DNA of 64,000 bases from Vulcanimicrobiota bacterium (lineage in GTDB: Bacteria; Vulcanimicrobiota; Vulcanimicrobiia; Vulcanimicrobiales; Vulcanimicrobiaceae), in assembly GCA_963820825.1 (NCBI GenBank), contig CAWGBN010000007.1, positions 128,001 through 192,000 on the forward strand. Reading direction: 5' to 3'. A program made the translations under genes and the position numbers. Position 1 is the stretch's first letter. Each line of letters begins with the position of its first letter. Positions 10,720 through 21,757 of the stretch are shown one piece after another. The notes under the pieces are model-generated. The model did no database searches. It saw only the letters and a program-made list of their open reading frames with translations, and was not told where the DNA came from.

Positions 10720-11211
10720 TTGCGTACACGTCTTCTCGTCGCTGCAATCGTCGCGAGTCTCGGTCTCGCGGCCTGTTCGAACGGAGGTTCGCAGGCAATA
10801 CCGGGCGGATCGTCGCTGGTAAGTATGAGCGGCTCTGCTTCGCTGCGGCTCACCATCGCCGGCCTGCCGCCGGCGAAGTGCCCGGTAAAGTATATCGGCT
10901 GCATCACCGTTGCCAAAGGCCATCCGGCCAAATACACGATCTGCGTCTCCAGCACGGGCAACTGCCTCTCCGGCTCGTTTCCGAATGAGAAGTGGACGAG
11001 CAAAATCGTGAACCTGAAAAAGAAGCCGTTCACGGGAATGAAGGGCACCTTCAAACCGAACCCCGGAAATCCGACGACCGCCACGGTTACGGCCACGGTC
11101 AAGCTCAAGGGCAGCGACGGCAAGGTCGCCTACGTGCAGAACGACAAAGCCTGTCCGCCGGGCGGCGGCAGCAAGTGCGTCAACGGCCAGATCGGGATTA
11201 TAACGAAGTAG
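10720..11211 (+). CDS. Hypothetical Cys-containing lipoprotein
   Basis: Lipobox LAAC; GGGAG RBS; paired cysteines. Confidence 0.7.
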   Translation: MRTRLLVAAIVASLGLAACSNGGSQAIPGGSSLVSMSGSASLRLTIAGLPPAKCPVKYIGCITVAKGHPAKYTICVSSTGNCLSGSFPNEKWTSKIVNLKKKPFTGMKGTFKPNPGNPTTATVTATVKLKGSDGKVAYVQNDKACPPGGGSKCVNGQIGIITK

Positions 11212-11458
11212 TCGAAGCTGCGGGGGTCGCAACCCGCTCGAGCGCCCGCTCGCAGAGCGTCACGAGCGTTTCGATCTCCGCAATCTCCCCGGAATGCGCG
11301 ATGACGTTTCCCCGCGCGATGGCGGCTTCGCGTGTCGCCGATTCGACGGTCGCGCAGGTCGAGATCGGCCGCGTCCCCTCGTAAACGAGCCGCTCGATCT
11401 CTTCCAAAGCCCATCGCTTTACCGCCTGAATCGACGTTTCGAGAGTATCCGGCACCAC
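11198..11458 (-). CDS. Possible small hypothetical protein
   Basis: The ORF fills an otherwise empty gap and has a protein-like helical composition; no motif. Confidence 0.3.
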   Translation of the reverse strand: MVPDTLETSIQAVKRWALEEIERLVYEGTRPISTCATVESATREAAIARGNVIAHSGEIAEIETLVTLCERALERVATPAASTTSL

Positions 11459-11505
11459 AGACCGTACGTTAGCAGCTGACGCTGAGAGACAACTGGAAGG
11501 CGACC

Positions 11506-12396
11506 ATGCGATTCTCCTGGTTTTACTTGCTCGTTGCGGCATCACTGCCGGCAGGATGCCTCGGATACAACGGTTCTCTTCCCGCGAATGCGGCAAGCGC
11601 CTCGCAAGGCCGAAGCGGCGCCGCGGTTGCGCGCACCAACGGAAAGCATCCGCATGCGGACTACGTCGTGGTCGTCATCATGGAGAACCGCGATTACGAT
11701 CTCGTGATCGGCAGCTCGCAGGCGCCGTACATCAACGGCACGCTCGTCCCGGAAGCGGCGTTGATGACCAACAGCCACGCGATTACACATCCCAGCCAGC
11801 CGAACTATCTCGGCCTCTTCTCCGGTTCTACCCAAGGCGTCGCCGACGACTCGTGCCCGCACGCGTTCAGCGCGGTCAACGCCGGCGAGGAGCTCCTCGC
11901 CGCCGGTTTGACCTTCGACGGTTACTCGGAATCGATGCCGTACGACGGCTACACCGGATGCTCATCCGGCGAGTATGCGCGCAAACACAATCCTTGGGTC
12001 AACTTTACCAATGTGCCGTCGTCGTCGAATCTCGTGTATAACGAGTTCATGACGCCCCCCGCGACGCTGACGATCGTCGTTCCCAACCTCTGCGACGACA
12101 TGCACGATTGCAGCACCCAGACCGGAGATACGTGGCTATCGAAGAACCTGCCGCCGATTCTCAAGTACGACAAGAAGCATAACGGGCTCCTCATCCTGAC
12201 GTGGGATGAAGCCGCCCCCGACGACAACGGTCAGAATCAAATCGCCACGCTACTCATCGGCCCGATGGTGAAGCCCGGAACGTACGATCAGAGAATTACG
12301 CACTACTCGACGCTGCGCACCATCGAAGACATCGCCGGCGTAGCCTGCACTGCCTACGCCTGCCAAGCCGCCGCTATCAAGAAAATCTGGCGCTAG
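11506..12396 (+). CDS. Secreted acid phosphatase (phosphoesterase family)
   Basis: VVIMENRDY, THPSQPNYL, YARKHNPW, DMHD, TWDE, THYSTLRTIE. Confidence 0.9.
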   Translation: MRFSWFYLLVAASLPAGCLGYNGSLPANAASASQGRSGAAVARTNGKHPHADYVVVVIMENRDYDLVIGSSQAPYINGTLVPEAALMTNSHAITHPSQPNYLGLFSGSTQGVADDSCPHAFSAVNAGEELLAAGLTFDGYSESMPYDGYTGCSSGEYARKHNPWVNFTNVPSSSNLVYNEFMTPPATLTIVVPNLCDDMHDCSTQTGDTWLSKNLPPILKYDKKHNGLLILTWDEAAPDDNGQNQIATLLIGPMVKPGTYDQRITHYSTLRTIEDIAGVACTAYACQAAAIKKIWR

Positions 12397-12400
12397 CCGC

Positions 12401-13993
12401 TTAAACCTCGCCGTAGACGCGGCGCCCGGCAAAGTACGTCGCCACGATTTTGGTCGCGGCAATCTCTTCGACCGCCACGCTCAGCCAGTCGCGGTCCATC
12501 ACCACGAAATCGGCGTATTTGCCGGGAGCGATCGAACCGATGACCCGCTCCTGAAAGTTCGCATACGCCGCGCGGCTCGTCATCGAGGCGAGCGCTTCGG
12601 CGCGCGTCATCCGATGGTCGAGCCCTCCGTGCTCGACGATGGAGGCTTCGAAGGTGCGCGCCGCGCTCGCCGGTTCGACCGGCGCGTCGGTTCCGTTTGC
12701 GACGATCGTGCCTGCGTCTAGCATCGCGCGCCACGCGTAGGCAGCCGCCGTGCGCTCCGAGCCGAGTCGCGCCGGCACCCACGGCATGTCGCTGAGTGCA
12801 TGCGACGCCTGCATCGAGGCGATGACGCCGAGTTGCGCAAACCGCGGGATATCCTGCGGCGCGACGATCTGCGCGTGCTCGATGCGCGGCCGCGCGCCGG
12901 AATTGCCGGTACGCCCGCGCACGTTTTCGAAGGCGTCGAGGACCATCCGGTTCGCGCGATCGCCGATCGCGTGAACGCAAACCTGGAAACCACTATCGAG
13001 CGCCGCCGTGGCGACTTCTTCGATGCGCCGCTGCGGCGTAAGAATCAGTCCGGTGTTTGCGGGGTCGTCGCTGTACGGTTCGAGCAGTGCCGCTCCGCGC
13101 GAGCCGAGCGCTCCGTCGGCGTACATTTTGATCGAGCGAATCCAGAGCCGGCCGTCGTACGCCCCTTCGACGATCCCGGCGCGCGCGCGCTCGGCGATGA
13201 GCGCGGGGGCGTCATCGAGCATCGCGCAATTGCGAATCGAGTATTCGCCGCTTTCGAGAAGCTCGGCGTGCGCCGCAAGTACCGCGGCGTCGCAACCCGG
13301 CTCGGCCACCGCGGTAACGCCCCAGCGGTTGCACTCGGCGATCGCCCGGCGCGTCGCTGCGACGAGCCGGCCGTGCGACGGGCGCGGAACGCAATCGTAG
13401 ATCAGCGTTTGCGCGGCGTCGATGAAGATACCGGTCGGCTCGCCCTGCGCGTCTCGAACGATCTGCCCGCCGGACGGATCGCCCGTTGAGGCATCGATCT
13501 TCGCGAGCGCCATCGCCCGCGCGTTCGCGAGCAGCGCGTGACCGTCGACGCGCGCGAGCGCGACCGGACGATCTGCGATCGCCGCGCTCAGCGCGTGATG
13601 CGTCGGAAAGCAAGCGCCCGGCCAAAGATTCTGATCCCATCCCCGCCCCAAGATCCACGGTTCGGTCGACGAGTGCGCGTAGGATGCGACGCGCGCGACG
13701 ATCTCTTGCGGAGATTGCGCCGCGTCGAGAATCACCTGTTCGAGTTTGAGTCCGAGACCGGTGAGGTGCAGATGCGCGTCGATCAGGCCGGGGAGAATCG
13801 TACAGCCGCTCGCGTCGATCGTCGTCGTCGCCGGCCCGGCAAGCTCTATCGCCCCGGCGAGCGAGCCGACGTACGCGAAACGACCGCCGCGCACGGCGAA
13901 GGCTTGCGGCGCCGGATTACCGTCGTCGGCGCTATGAATGGTCGCGCCGAAAAAAATCAGATCCGCCGGTTCCGCGTTGCTCTCCTCGATCAC
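12401..13993 (-). CDS. YtcJ-like amidohydrolase (Amidohydro_3)
   Basis: PGLIDAHLH, KMYADGALGSRGA, VHAIGD, RIEHAQ, GTDAPV. Confidence 0.92.
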   Translation of the reverse strand: MIEESNAEPADLIFFGATIHSADDGNPAPQAFAVRGGRFAYVGSLAGAIELAGPATTTIDASGCTILPGLIDAHLHLTGLGLKLEQVILDAAQSPQEIVARVASYAHSSTEPWILGRGWDQNLWPGACFPTHHALSAAIADRPVALARVDGHALLANARAMALAKIDASTGDPSGGQIVRDAQGEPTGIFIDAAQTLIYDCVPRPSHGRLVAATRRAIAECNRWGVTAVAEPGCDAAVLAAHAELLESGEYSIRNCAMLDDAPALIAERARAGIVEGAYDGRLWIRSIKMYADGALGSRGAALLEPYSDDPANTGLILTPQRRIEEVATAALDSGFQVCVHAIGDRANRMVLDAFENVRGRTGNSGARPRIEHAQIVAPQDIPRFAQLGVIASMQASHALSDMPWVPARLGSERTAAAYAWRAMLDAGTIVANGTDAPVEPASAARTFEASIVEHGGLDHRMTRAEALASMTSRAAYANFQERVIGSIAPGKYADFVVMDRDWLSVAVEEIAATKIVATYFAGRRVYGEV

Positions 13994-14118
13994 TAACCGT
14001 TCGCTTCGACGACGGGCGACGTTGCCGAGCCAGACTTAGGGTCTACTGGTCCCGTAGCATTTGCCACGGAAATACTACAGAAGCCCTCTCCGACGAATGT
14101 GGCGGCGAATGAGGTAGA

Positions 14119-15151
14119 CTATTTCTTCGCTGCCGTCACGCCGAGCGGGAAATCGAAGTCCCCCGTGAACGTCGCAATCGGTGAACCGCCGGCCGGGTAC
14201 TTGAAAACCTCGCCGTCGTCATTTCCCGCGTCGGCGCAATACAGCAGGCCCTTGACGATCCACGTCTGCGCGCAGTCGCTGGCCCCGGTGTACTGTACGG
14301 TGTTCTTCAACGTCGCCGTCGTTCCACTAACCGTGTACTGATACATCTCACTCGTGAGCTGATCGAACACGGTCACGTAGGTGCCGTCCCACTGCACCGA
14401 GCCGGGAAACTCCGGAGAGTTGCTCGTGTTGATCGTGACGGCTTTGCTGCTGCCCTTCGGAAGCTCGACGAGTGCGAAGTTATAGCTCGAGCCGAAACCG
14501 TCGGCAAAGAGATTGCCGCTGGGATCGTAGCCGTCGAAGTACTCTCTTGATCAACGGCGTATCGTACACCTTACCCGAACCGGTGCGCGTTCTTGAAGAT
14601 CACGACCTGACCGCCGGGACCGTACGAATTACCCAATAGGACTCCGACTGCAAGATCGCCGCTAGTATTCATGGCGCAGCTGGATGTGAACGTGTAGTCA
14701 AGAGACAGCGTCCTGAGCAGCTTGTGCGGAACCTTGTATTCGGTAATCAGGTCGTTCGTACGCCCGGCGTTCCAGAAAATTTTCTTCCCATAGCCGTACA
14801 ACACGTTGGTGCACCCTTGGCCGCCGGCGCCATCAATCTGACCGATCATCGCGGTGCTTTTTGGATAGTTGAAGATGCTGCCGTACGAGCCGTAGTCGTT
14901 GAAGATGTACTCGTAGTTTCTTCGACCTCGATTCTATCCGGTACAAGCTCTGCGTAACGCGGCAGTGGGTTCAGCCTCGCCGCCGTTACCGGTCTCCCGT
15001 TCACGAACAGCGTCTTACCTACGTAGGTCGCATTGAGCGTAGCGGCTGACGGCGCGACCGCCGTCCGAGCTGTCGAGGCGCTCCCGCACGCCGAAACAAT
15101 TACGAGTGCAACGACAGCGCCGCCGCACTTAAGTAAACCAGGGGTGTTCAT
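14119..15151 (-). CDS. Secreted beta-propeller-like lipoprotein, frameshifted
   Basis: MNTPGLLK...IVSAC lipobox; contiguous fragments 14846-15151, 14571-14849 and 14119-14397 ending QWDGTY...VFKYPAGGSP...PLGV. Confidence 0.7.
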
Positions 15152-15252
15152 TAACCTTGCTCCTTTGAAGTAGCTGTCAAATAGCAACGCTGATGTCCTT
15201 AGGGTTTTCGAGCGGCATCGGTGCCGTGCCTCCGTGAAGGACCGTTTCATAC

Positions 15253-16419
15253 CTACGCCATGTACGTCTTCGGCGGGTTCGTCAGTCTAAGAATCGGGCG
15301 GTCGATCTTGAACGCCGAGATATCCGAGGGCGTTGCTCCGTCGAGCGCGAGCTCGCTGAGAATACGCCCGATGACCGAGGCGAATTTAAACGCGTGGCCG
15401 CCTCCGACGGTAACGCTGACGTTTGGATGCTCGGGAAGCGTATCGATGATGAAGTCGCGATCCGGCGTCAGCGCGTAGAGGCACGTCTTCATCCGCACGA
15501 CCTCACCGAGCGCGCTCGGCAGGTATCGCTCCATGAAGCCGGTGACGCGCGCGGTCATCTCGCGATCTTCTTCAAACCCGCGGGTATCGGCATCGACGGG
15601 CTTCCCGCCGGCGTCCTGCGTAATCTTCACCGCGTTCGGCTCGCCGAAAACTGGAAAGCCGTAGAACGAGGGATCGTCCATCCATATCCAAATCGGGAAC
15701 GTACCGAATGCAAAGCCCGGCAGATCGCGCGATGCGAAGTAGAGCACCTGTTCTTTGGTCACTTCAAAGGGAATACGCACGCCGAAGTGGGCGAGCGCGC
15801 GATCGCTCCACCCGCCGGCTGCGATGACGAGCTTACCCGCGCGATAGCGCTCGCCGCCGGCCTCCACCTCGATCTCGCCGTCCACGTCGCGCATCGAGAG
15901 AATCGGCACGTGTTCGCGCAGGGTCGCACCGTGAGCCGTCGCGGTTCGCCGAAGCAGGTCGGTCGCGCGATCGGCCGCCACGACTCCGCTGTCGGGCTGA
16001 AAGAGTCCGTGAATCTCGTCGTCGATCTGCCAGACCGGCCAGCGCCTGCGGATCTCGGCTGCGTCGAGCTGCTCGAACGAGACGCCGCACGCCTCCATCG
16101 AGTCGGCATAATTCGAAAGTGGAATCGCGCCGTCGCGCGGCCCGACATCGAGCCCGCCGGTCTTATAGACGACGCGCTCGCCGGCCTCGCGCTCGAGCGA
16201 ATCCCATGCGGCGTAGGCCTCTATCGCCAGACGAACGTAGGCGGGGGAAAAGTAGGATTTACGGATGATCCGCGACCAGTCGTGCGAGCTGCCGCGGGCG
16301 TGCCCGAACTCGAACTGTTCCAAACCGAGGACGCGCGCGCCGCGTTTTGCCAGCCAGTAGGCTGCGCCGCTTCCCAGCGCCCCGAGCCCGGCAACGATGA
16401 CGTCGTAATCGCGCGTCAT
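15253..16419 (-). CDS. solA: N-methyl-L-tryptophan/monomeric sarcosine oxidase family flavoprotein
   Basis: YDVIVAGLGALG, GSSHDWSRIIR, CLYALTPDRDFIID, GHAFKF; ATG overlaps the Rieske stop codon. Confidence 0.88.
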   Translation of the reverse strand: MTRDYDVIVAGLGALGSGAAYWLAKRGARVLGLEQFEFGHARGSSHDWSRIIRKSYFSPAYVRLAIEAYAAWDSLEREAGERVVYKTGGLDVGPRDGAIPLSNYADSMEACGVSFEQLDAAEIRRRWPVWQIDDEIHGLFQPDSGVVAADRATDLLRRTATAHGATLREHVPILSMRDVDGEIEVEAGGERYRAGKLVIAAGGWSDRALAHFGVRIPFEVTKEQVLYFASRDLPGFAFGTFPIWIWMDDPSFYGFPVFGEPNAVKITQDAGGKPVDADTRGFEEDREMTARVTGFMERYLPSALGEVVRMKTCLYALTPDRDFIIDTLPEHPNVSVTVGGGHAFKFASVIGRILSELALDGATPSDISAFKIDRPILRLTNPPKTYMA

Positions 16420-17516
16420 TTCATTCGCTCGGCGATATAGCGGCGAATGTCCAGACTCGCATCCTCCATCGGCGCGTAATAGCCGTGCGTGAACGCGCGC
16501 GAGCGCATGCCGGCCTGCACGCTCTCGCAGATCCGCCAATCCTGACGGTTGACGAGATCCCAAAAATCGACGACGTCGCGCGCATCGAAGTCCGGCTTCG
16601 CCATCTCGCCGGGATGAAAGAGCAAGTCGCAGACGACGGTCGTCGACGCCGGGCCGTGTGGCCAGAGCGAGAACGCCGCAACGTGTTCGGCGGCAAGGCT
16701 CAGCATGAAGTTCGGATAGATCAGCTCTCCCTTATGACGGATCTTCTCGTCCTCGCTGAGCGTCGCAAAGGCGGCGCGATCGCTCGTGCCGCTTGCGGTA
16801 AAGGTCCACGCGCCTTCGCGATGCGGAATTCCTCGCTCCCAGTCGAGATCGGCGCCGCCGTGACGTTTGAACGCCGGCACGATCCGGCACAGCTCCGGGT
16901 GTACGCCCGCGCAGTGGTAACACTCGTTGTAGTTCTCGAGAATTACTTTCCAGTTCGCCGCGACGTCGTACCGAATCGTTCGTGCGATCTCCAACTCGGC
17001 CAGCGGATATCGGCCGACGCGCTCCGGAACGCCGCCGAGCTGCGCGGCGAGCGTCGCACCGCGAGCTCGCGCGCGGTCGCTCGAGAGGTGCATGAAGACG
17101 AATCCGGCCCACTCCTCCACCCCGACGGAATGCAACCGGCGCGACCCCGGCGCGATCGCGTCGTCGGAGACGAACGGCGAGGCGACGAGTCGGCCATCGA
17201 GTGCATACGCCCAGGAATGGTACGGACAACGAATCGTTCCGCGAACGCTTCCCTTGCCGCAGAGCAAGCGGCTACCGCGATGACGGCAGAAGTTGAGGTG
17301 CGCGTAGAGCCGGTCCACGCCCCGGATCAAGATGATGCTCTCGCCGGCCAGGTCGAGCACGCAATAGTCGCCGGTCTCGCGCAGTTCGGCAGCCCGTCCC
17401 ACGTAGAACCACTCGTCCCAGAAGATCGCCTCGCGTTCGCGCGCGAAGAAGGCCTCATCCCAGTAGGCCTCCCGCGGAAGAGAGGCCTCGAGCGCCATAT
17501 TTTCCGAAGGTTTCAT
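16416..17516 (-). CDS. Rieske non-heme iron oxygenase alpha subunit (GbcA/Stc2/CMO-like)
   Basis: CRHRG...CPYHSW Rieske motif; ENYNECYHCAGVHP and NRQDW mononuclear iron ligands. Start at 17516 or 17498. Confidence 0.92.
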   Translation of the reverse strand: MKPSENMALEASLPREAYWDEAFFAREREAIFWDEWFYVGRAAELRETGDYCVLDLAGESIILIRGVDRLYAHLNFCRHRGSRLLCGKGSVRGTIRCPYHSWAYALDGRLVASPFVSDDAIAPGSRRLHSVGVEEWAGFVFMHLSSDRARARGATLAAQLGGVPERVGRYPLAELEIARTIRYDVAANWKVILENYNECYHCAGVHPELCRIVPAFKRHGGADLDWERGIPHREGAWTFTASGTSDRAAFATLSEDEKIRHKGELIYPNFMLSLAAEHVAAFSLWPHGPASTTVVCDLLFHPGEMAKPDFDARDVVDFWDLVNRQDWRICESVQAGMRSRAFTHGYYAPMEDASLDIRRYIAERMK

Positions 17517-17582
17517 CGCTAGATTTACCAAAAGACCAAACAAATCGCTGGTTAGAGGCGGATTCCGTCAAATGGGATAGAA

Positions 17583-17688
17583 CCCTTCGCGCTCGTCCTT
17601 CGACTGCGCTCCGCTTCGACTCGCTCCGCTCGCTCAGCATCGCTCCGCTCAGGATGACACAGCTCGCTACGCCCAGGATGACACAGAC
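17583..17688. repeat. REP-like interspersed element with internal tandem duplications
   Basis: CAGGATGACACAG twice (17650-17662, 17674-17686), CGCTCCGCT three times, CTTCGACT twice. Confidence 0.6.
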
Positions 17689-17692
17689 AATT

Positions 17693-18804
17693 ATGCAGAC
17701 ATTCGTGAAGCCGCAGGTTGGGGCCGGCGCGACGACGCTGCCGGCATCTTGGTACATCTCGCCGGACGTCTTTGAACGCGAGCGGCGTCAAGTCTTCGGA
17801 CGCGAGTGGCTCTGCGTGGGACGCGAAGAATCGATTCGCAAGACGGGCGATTTCTTCACTGTGGAACCCGCCGGCGAGAATCTCATCGTCACGCGCGACG
17901 GCGAGGGACGCGTGCGCGCCTTTTACAACGTCTGCCGCCACCGCGGAACGCGCATCTGCAGCGCCGACTCGGGACGCTTCCAAGGCTCGATTCAATGCCC
18001 GTACCATGCGTGGACCTACGGCCTCGACGGCACCTTGAAGGTGGCGCGCAACATGACCGAAGTGCCGGGCTTCGATCGCGCGAGTATCCACTCAAAGAGG
18101 CCGCGGTCGCCTCCTGGGAGGGATTTATCTTCGTCAGTCTCGCCGCGGAGCCCGTTGCCTTCGAAAGCGCCTTTGCACCGCTGATCGGACGCTTTTCGCG
18201 CTGGAGCATCGCAACGTTGCAGACCGCGCGCAGCCTCAGGTACGAGCTCGCGTGTAACTGGAAGCTCATCTTCCTCAATTACTCCGAGTGCTACCACTGC
18301 CCGCTCGTCCATCCGCAGCTCGATAAGCTCTCGCCCTCCGATAGCGGACGCAACGATCTCGCGGAGGGAGCCTTCCTCGGCGGTTATTCGGAGCTGCGGC
18401 AGCCGGGGACGGCGCTCACAATGAGCGGTCGGAGTTCGCGACCGCCACTGAAAGGCGTCGACGGCGTCGAGCTCGACCGCGTCTACTACTACACGATCTT
18501 TCCCTCGCTCTTATTGAGTCTCCATCCCGACTACGTGATGGTGCACTACCTCAAACCGCTCGCGCCCGATCGCACCGAGGTCGTCTGCGCCTTTCTCTTC
18601 GATCCGCAGACGATCGCGCAATCCGGCTTCGATCCGAGCGACGCCGTTGACTTCTGGGATATGACGAACCGCCAAGATTGGCACGTCAACGAACTCACGC
18701 AGCTCGGCTTGCGCTCGCGGGCGTATTCGCCCGGACCCTACTCGAATGCCGAAGGCTTGTTGAGCGCCTTCGATCGTCACTACCTGCACGTAGTCGGGGC
18801 GTAG
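17693..18804 (+). CDS. Second Rieske oxygenase alpha subunit, one frameshift near 18080
   Basis: CRHRGT...CPYHAW in the first frame; NYSECYHCPLVHP and NRQDW in the second. Confidence 0.9.
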
Positions 18805-18817
18805 GACAACGCTCGCG

Positions 18818-21757
18818 TTGCTTCTCGCTGCGGGCATCGCTTTGCCGTCGCTGCAGGCGCTGACGTGGCGCAACGTCGGGCCGGCCGTCGCCGGCGGCCG
18901 CACCTCCGGCGTCGCGGGCACCGACGCCGATCCGAATCTCTACTACTTCGGGGGCGCCGACGGCGGGGTCTGGAAGACGACGAACGGCGGCCTCAGCTGG
19001 CAGAACGTCTGGCCGCCGGATGCAGCCGGTGCGATCGGCGCGATTGCGATCGACCCACACGACCGTAACACGGTCTGGGCCGGAACGGGCGAGCCGAATC
19101 TGCGCAACGACATCTCCTACGGTGACGGACTCTGGGTTACGCACGACGGCGGCACGCATTGGCGTAACCTCGGATTGCAGCAGACCTGGGCGATCGCGCA
19201 GATCGCCGTCGATCCCAACGATTCGCGGCGCCTTTGGGTCGCGGCGATCGGCAATCCCTATCGCGACGGCACGGCGCGCGGCATCTATCGCACGACCGAC
19301 GGCGGAAAGACCTGGCAGCGGACCCTCTATCTCGGTCCGTCGAGCGGTGCCTCCGACGTCGCGATCGATCTACGCAACCCGAAGATCGTCTTTGCGGGCA
19401 TCTGGCAGTTTCGCCGCCGCCCCTGGAATTTTTCCAGCGGCGGGCCGCTCGACGGGCTCTTTCGTTCGACCGACGGCGGCACGACCTGGAAGCGGCTGCG
19501 CGGCAACGGATTGCCCGGCGGATACATGGGCAGGATCGGGCTGGCCGTCGCAGGAGCGCGCGTCTACGCGTTGATTCAATCGAAGGAGGGCGTCATGTGG
19601 CGCTCGGACGACGGCGGCACGCATTGGCGATTGATGACGCGCGACACGCTGGTCAATCAGCGCCCGTTCTACATGAGCCGCCTCGCCGTCGATCCGTCGA
19701 ATCCAAATCACGTCTTCTTCTCCTCGGAGGATCTGATCGAGACGCGCGACGGCGGTAAGAGCTACCACGACGTTCTCGGCGCGGTCCATCAAGATCACCA
19801 CGGGCTCTGGATCTCGCGCGACGGGCAGCGCATGATCGAAGCGAACGACGGCGGCGCTCCGATCTCGATTGATGGCGGCAAGACCTGGGATTGGCGTTTC
19901 AACGTCGCGCTCGCGCAGATCTACCGGATCGGCTACGACGAAGAGAACCCGTACCATCTCTGCGGCGGGATCCAGGACAACGACTCCTACTGCGGTCCCT
20001 CCGATTCACTCAGTCCGCTGGGCATCGAGAACTCGGATTGGCGCGACGTCGGCAACGACGGCGATGGCTCGTGGGTCTGGCCGCAGCCGGGCGATCCATC
20101 CTCGATCTGGAACGTCGGCGTCAATGAGCTCAACGGTCAGCTTGGAATCTTCGATCTGCGCTCGCGTCAAAACTACGACATCACGCCCGACGACACCGAT
20201 ACGAACGGCCGCGCACTCGCGGGACTCCCGTTTCGTTCGAACTGGGAAGCGCCGATAGCATTCCAAGGCGCCAACGCCTTCTATGGCGCGAACGTCCTCT
20301 TCGAGACGAGCGACCGCGGGCGCACCTGGAAGATCGTCAGTCCCGACCTCACCCGCAACGATCCCGCCAAGCAGCAAGTCGCAGGCGGTCCGATCAATAC
20401 CGACGTCTCCGGCGCCGAGTTCTACGATACGATCTTCGATATCGCGCCGTCACGGCTCGATGCCGGACGCATTTGGGTCGGCACCGACGACGGTTTGGTA
20501 CAACTCACCGCCGATTCCGGCACGCACTGGCAGAACGTCACCCCGCCGGAGAGCCAGGTCGCGGCCTGGGGACGGATCGACACGGTCGAAGCCTCGAGTG
20601 CCGATGCGCGCCGCGCGTACGTCGCGATCGATCGGCACGTGATGGGCGACGCCGCGCCGTACGTCTTCGTAACCGACGATTCGGGTGCGTCGTGGCGCAA
20701 AATCGTCGAGGGGTTGCCGCCCGATCAGTACGTACACGTCGTGCGCGAGGATCCGGTCAATCCCGACGTGCTCTACGCCGGGCTCGAGCAGGGCGTCTGG
20801 TACTCGCTCGACCGCGGCGCGCATTGGCGCAGCCTGCGCCTCAACATGCCCTCGGTTGCGGTGCACGACATGCGCGTTCAGCCGCAACGCCACGATCTGC
20901 TCGTCGCGACGCACGGACGCGGTTTCTGGATTCTCGACGATCTCGGCGCAATCGCCGGTCTCAGCGCGGCGGCGAAGATGGTGCCGCAGCTCTTCCCGTT
21001 GCGCACGGCATATACGTGGTATCGCTGGTGGACTTCGTACTATGGAACGCAGCCCGATGAGTGCTGCGTAGCGGCTGGAATGTACTCCGGCGACGACCCG
21101 CCCGAAGGCGCGCTCGCCACGTACTATCTGCCCACGCCGGCGCACGCGTGGTTCGACGCGTTCGACGCAAACGGGCGGCGCGTGCGCTGCTTCGAAGCTC
21201 CCGGCGATGCCGGCGTGCAGCGAACGTCGTGGGACCTGACCGAATCGCCGCCGGTGCCGTGGCGGCGCGCGCGCGAGTGGAATCGCGGCGGCTCAGGCCC
21301 GACCATCGTCCCCGGGCAGTACACGCTCAAACTGCACGCCGGAGCGGCGACGCTTTCACAGAACCTTGAGGTGCGGCCCGACCCGCGTGCGGCGTGGACG
21401 CAAGCGCAGTACGTCGAGCGCTACCGGTTTCTCACATCGCTCGACGGCGAGCTCTCGGCGATCGACACGGCATTGAACCGGATGGACGCACTGCCCTATC
21501 GCGATCCATCGGTCTATTCACTCTTCACCTCGGGCATCGTCAATTCCGAAGACGATCAACTCAAGCCCGACCATCTCCGCGAGCGGCTCACGATTCTTCA
21601 GGGCGTCGTGGCGCTCTCCCAGGGGCCGCCGCTTCCGCCGCACCTACGCGAAGCGGCGGCGATTCGCACGCAGTTCGAAACGGCCATGAACGGCTATCGC
21701 GCGTTTTTGGCGGCGCACCATTTACCACCCGACGTAGAACCGGAGGCATGCACGTGA
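18818..21757 (+). CDS. VPS10/BNR Asp-box beta-propeller protein (glycosyl-hydrolase-like)
   Basis: WRNVGPAVAGGR start; many (S/T)xDGGxxW Asp-boxes; DLLVATHGRGFWILDD. Confidence 0.9.
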   Translation: MLLAAGIALPSLQALTWRNVGPAVAGGRTSGVAGTDADPNLYYFGGADGGVWKTTNGGLSWQNVWPPDAAGAIGAIAIDPHDRNTVWAGTGEPNLRNDISYGDGLWVTHDGGTHWRNLGLQQTWAIAQIAVDPNDSRRLWVAAIGNPYRDGTARGIYRTTDGGKTWQRTLYLGPSSGASDVAIDLRNPKIVFAGIWQFRRRPWNFSSGGPLDGLFRSTDGGTTWKRLRGNGLPGGYMGRIGLAVAGARVYALIQSKEGVMWRSDDGGTHWRLMTRDTLVNQRPFYMSRLAVDPSNPNHVFFSSEDLIETRDGGKSYHDVLGAVHQDHHGLWISRDGQRMIEANDGGAPISIDGGKTWDWRFNVALAQIYRIGYDEENPYHLCGGIQDNDSYCGPSDSLSPLGIENSDWRDVGNDGDGSWVWPQPGDPSSIWNVGVNELNGQLGIFDLRSRQNYDITPDDTDTNGRALAGLPFRSNWEAPIAFQGANAFYGANVLFETSDRGRTWKIVSPDLTRNDPAKQQVAGGPINTDVSGAEFYDTIFDIAPSRLDAGRIWVGTDDGLVQLTADSGTHWQNVTPPESQVAAWGRIDTVEASSADARRAYVAIDRHVMGDAAPYVFVTDDSGASWRKIVEGLPPDQYVHVVREDPVNPDVLYAGLEQGVWYSLDRGAHWRSLRLNMPSVAVHDMRVQPQRHDLLVATHGRGFWILDDLGAIAGLSAAAKMVPQLFPLRTAYTWYRWWTSYYGTQPDECCVAAGMYSGDDPPEGALATYYLPTPAHAWFDAFDANGRRVRCFEAPGDAGVQRTSWDLTESPPVPWRRAREWNRGGSGPTIVPGQYTLKLHAGAATLSQNLEVRPDPRAAWTQAQYVERYRFLTSLDGELSAIDTALNRMDALPYRDPSVYSLFTSGIVNSEDDQLKPDHLRERLTILQGVVALSQGPPLPPHLREAAAIRTQFETAMNGYRAFLAAHHLPPDVEPEACT

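Noticed and set aside
17583..17688. Possible CRISPR array
   Set aside because: The repeats are only 8-13 nt, there are no regular unique spacers, and no cas genes are present.
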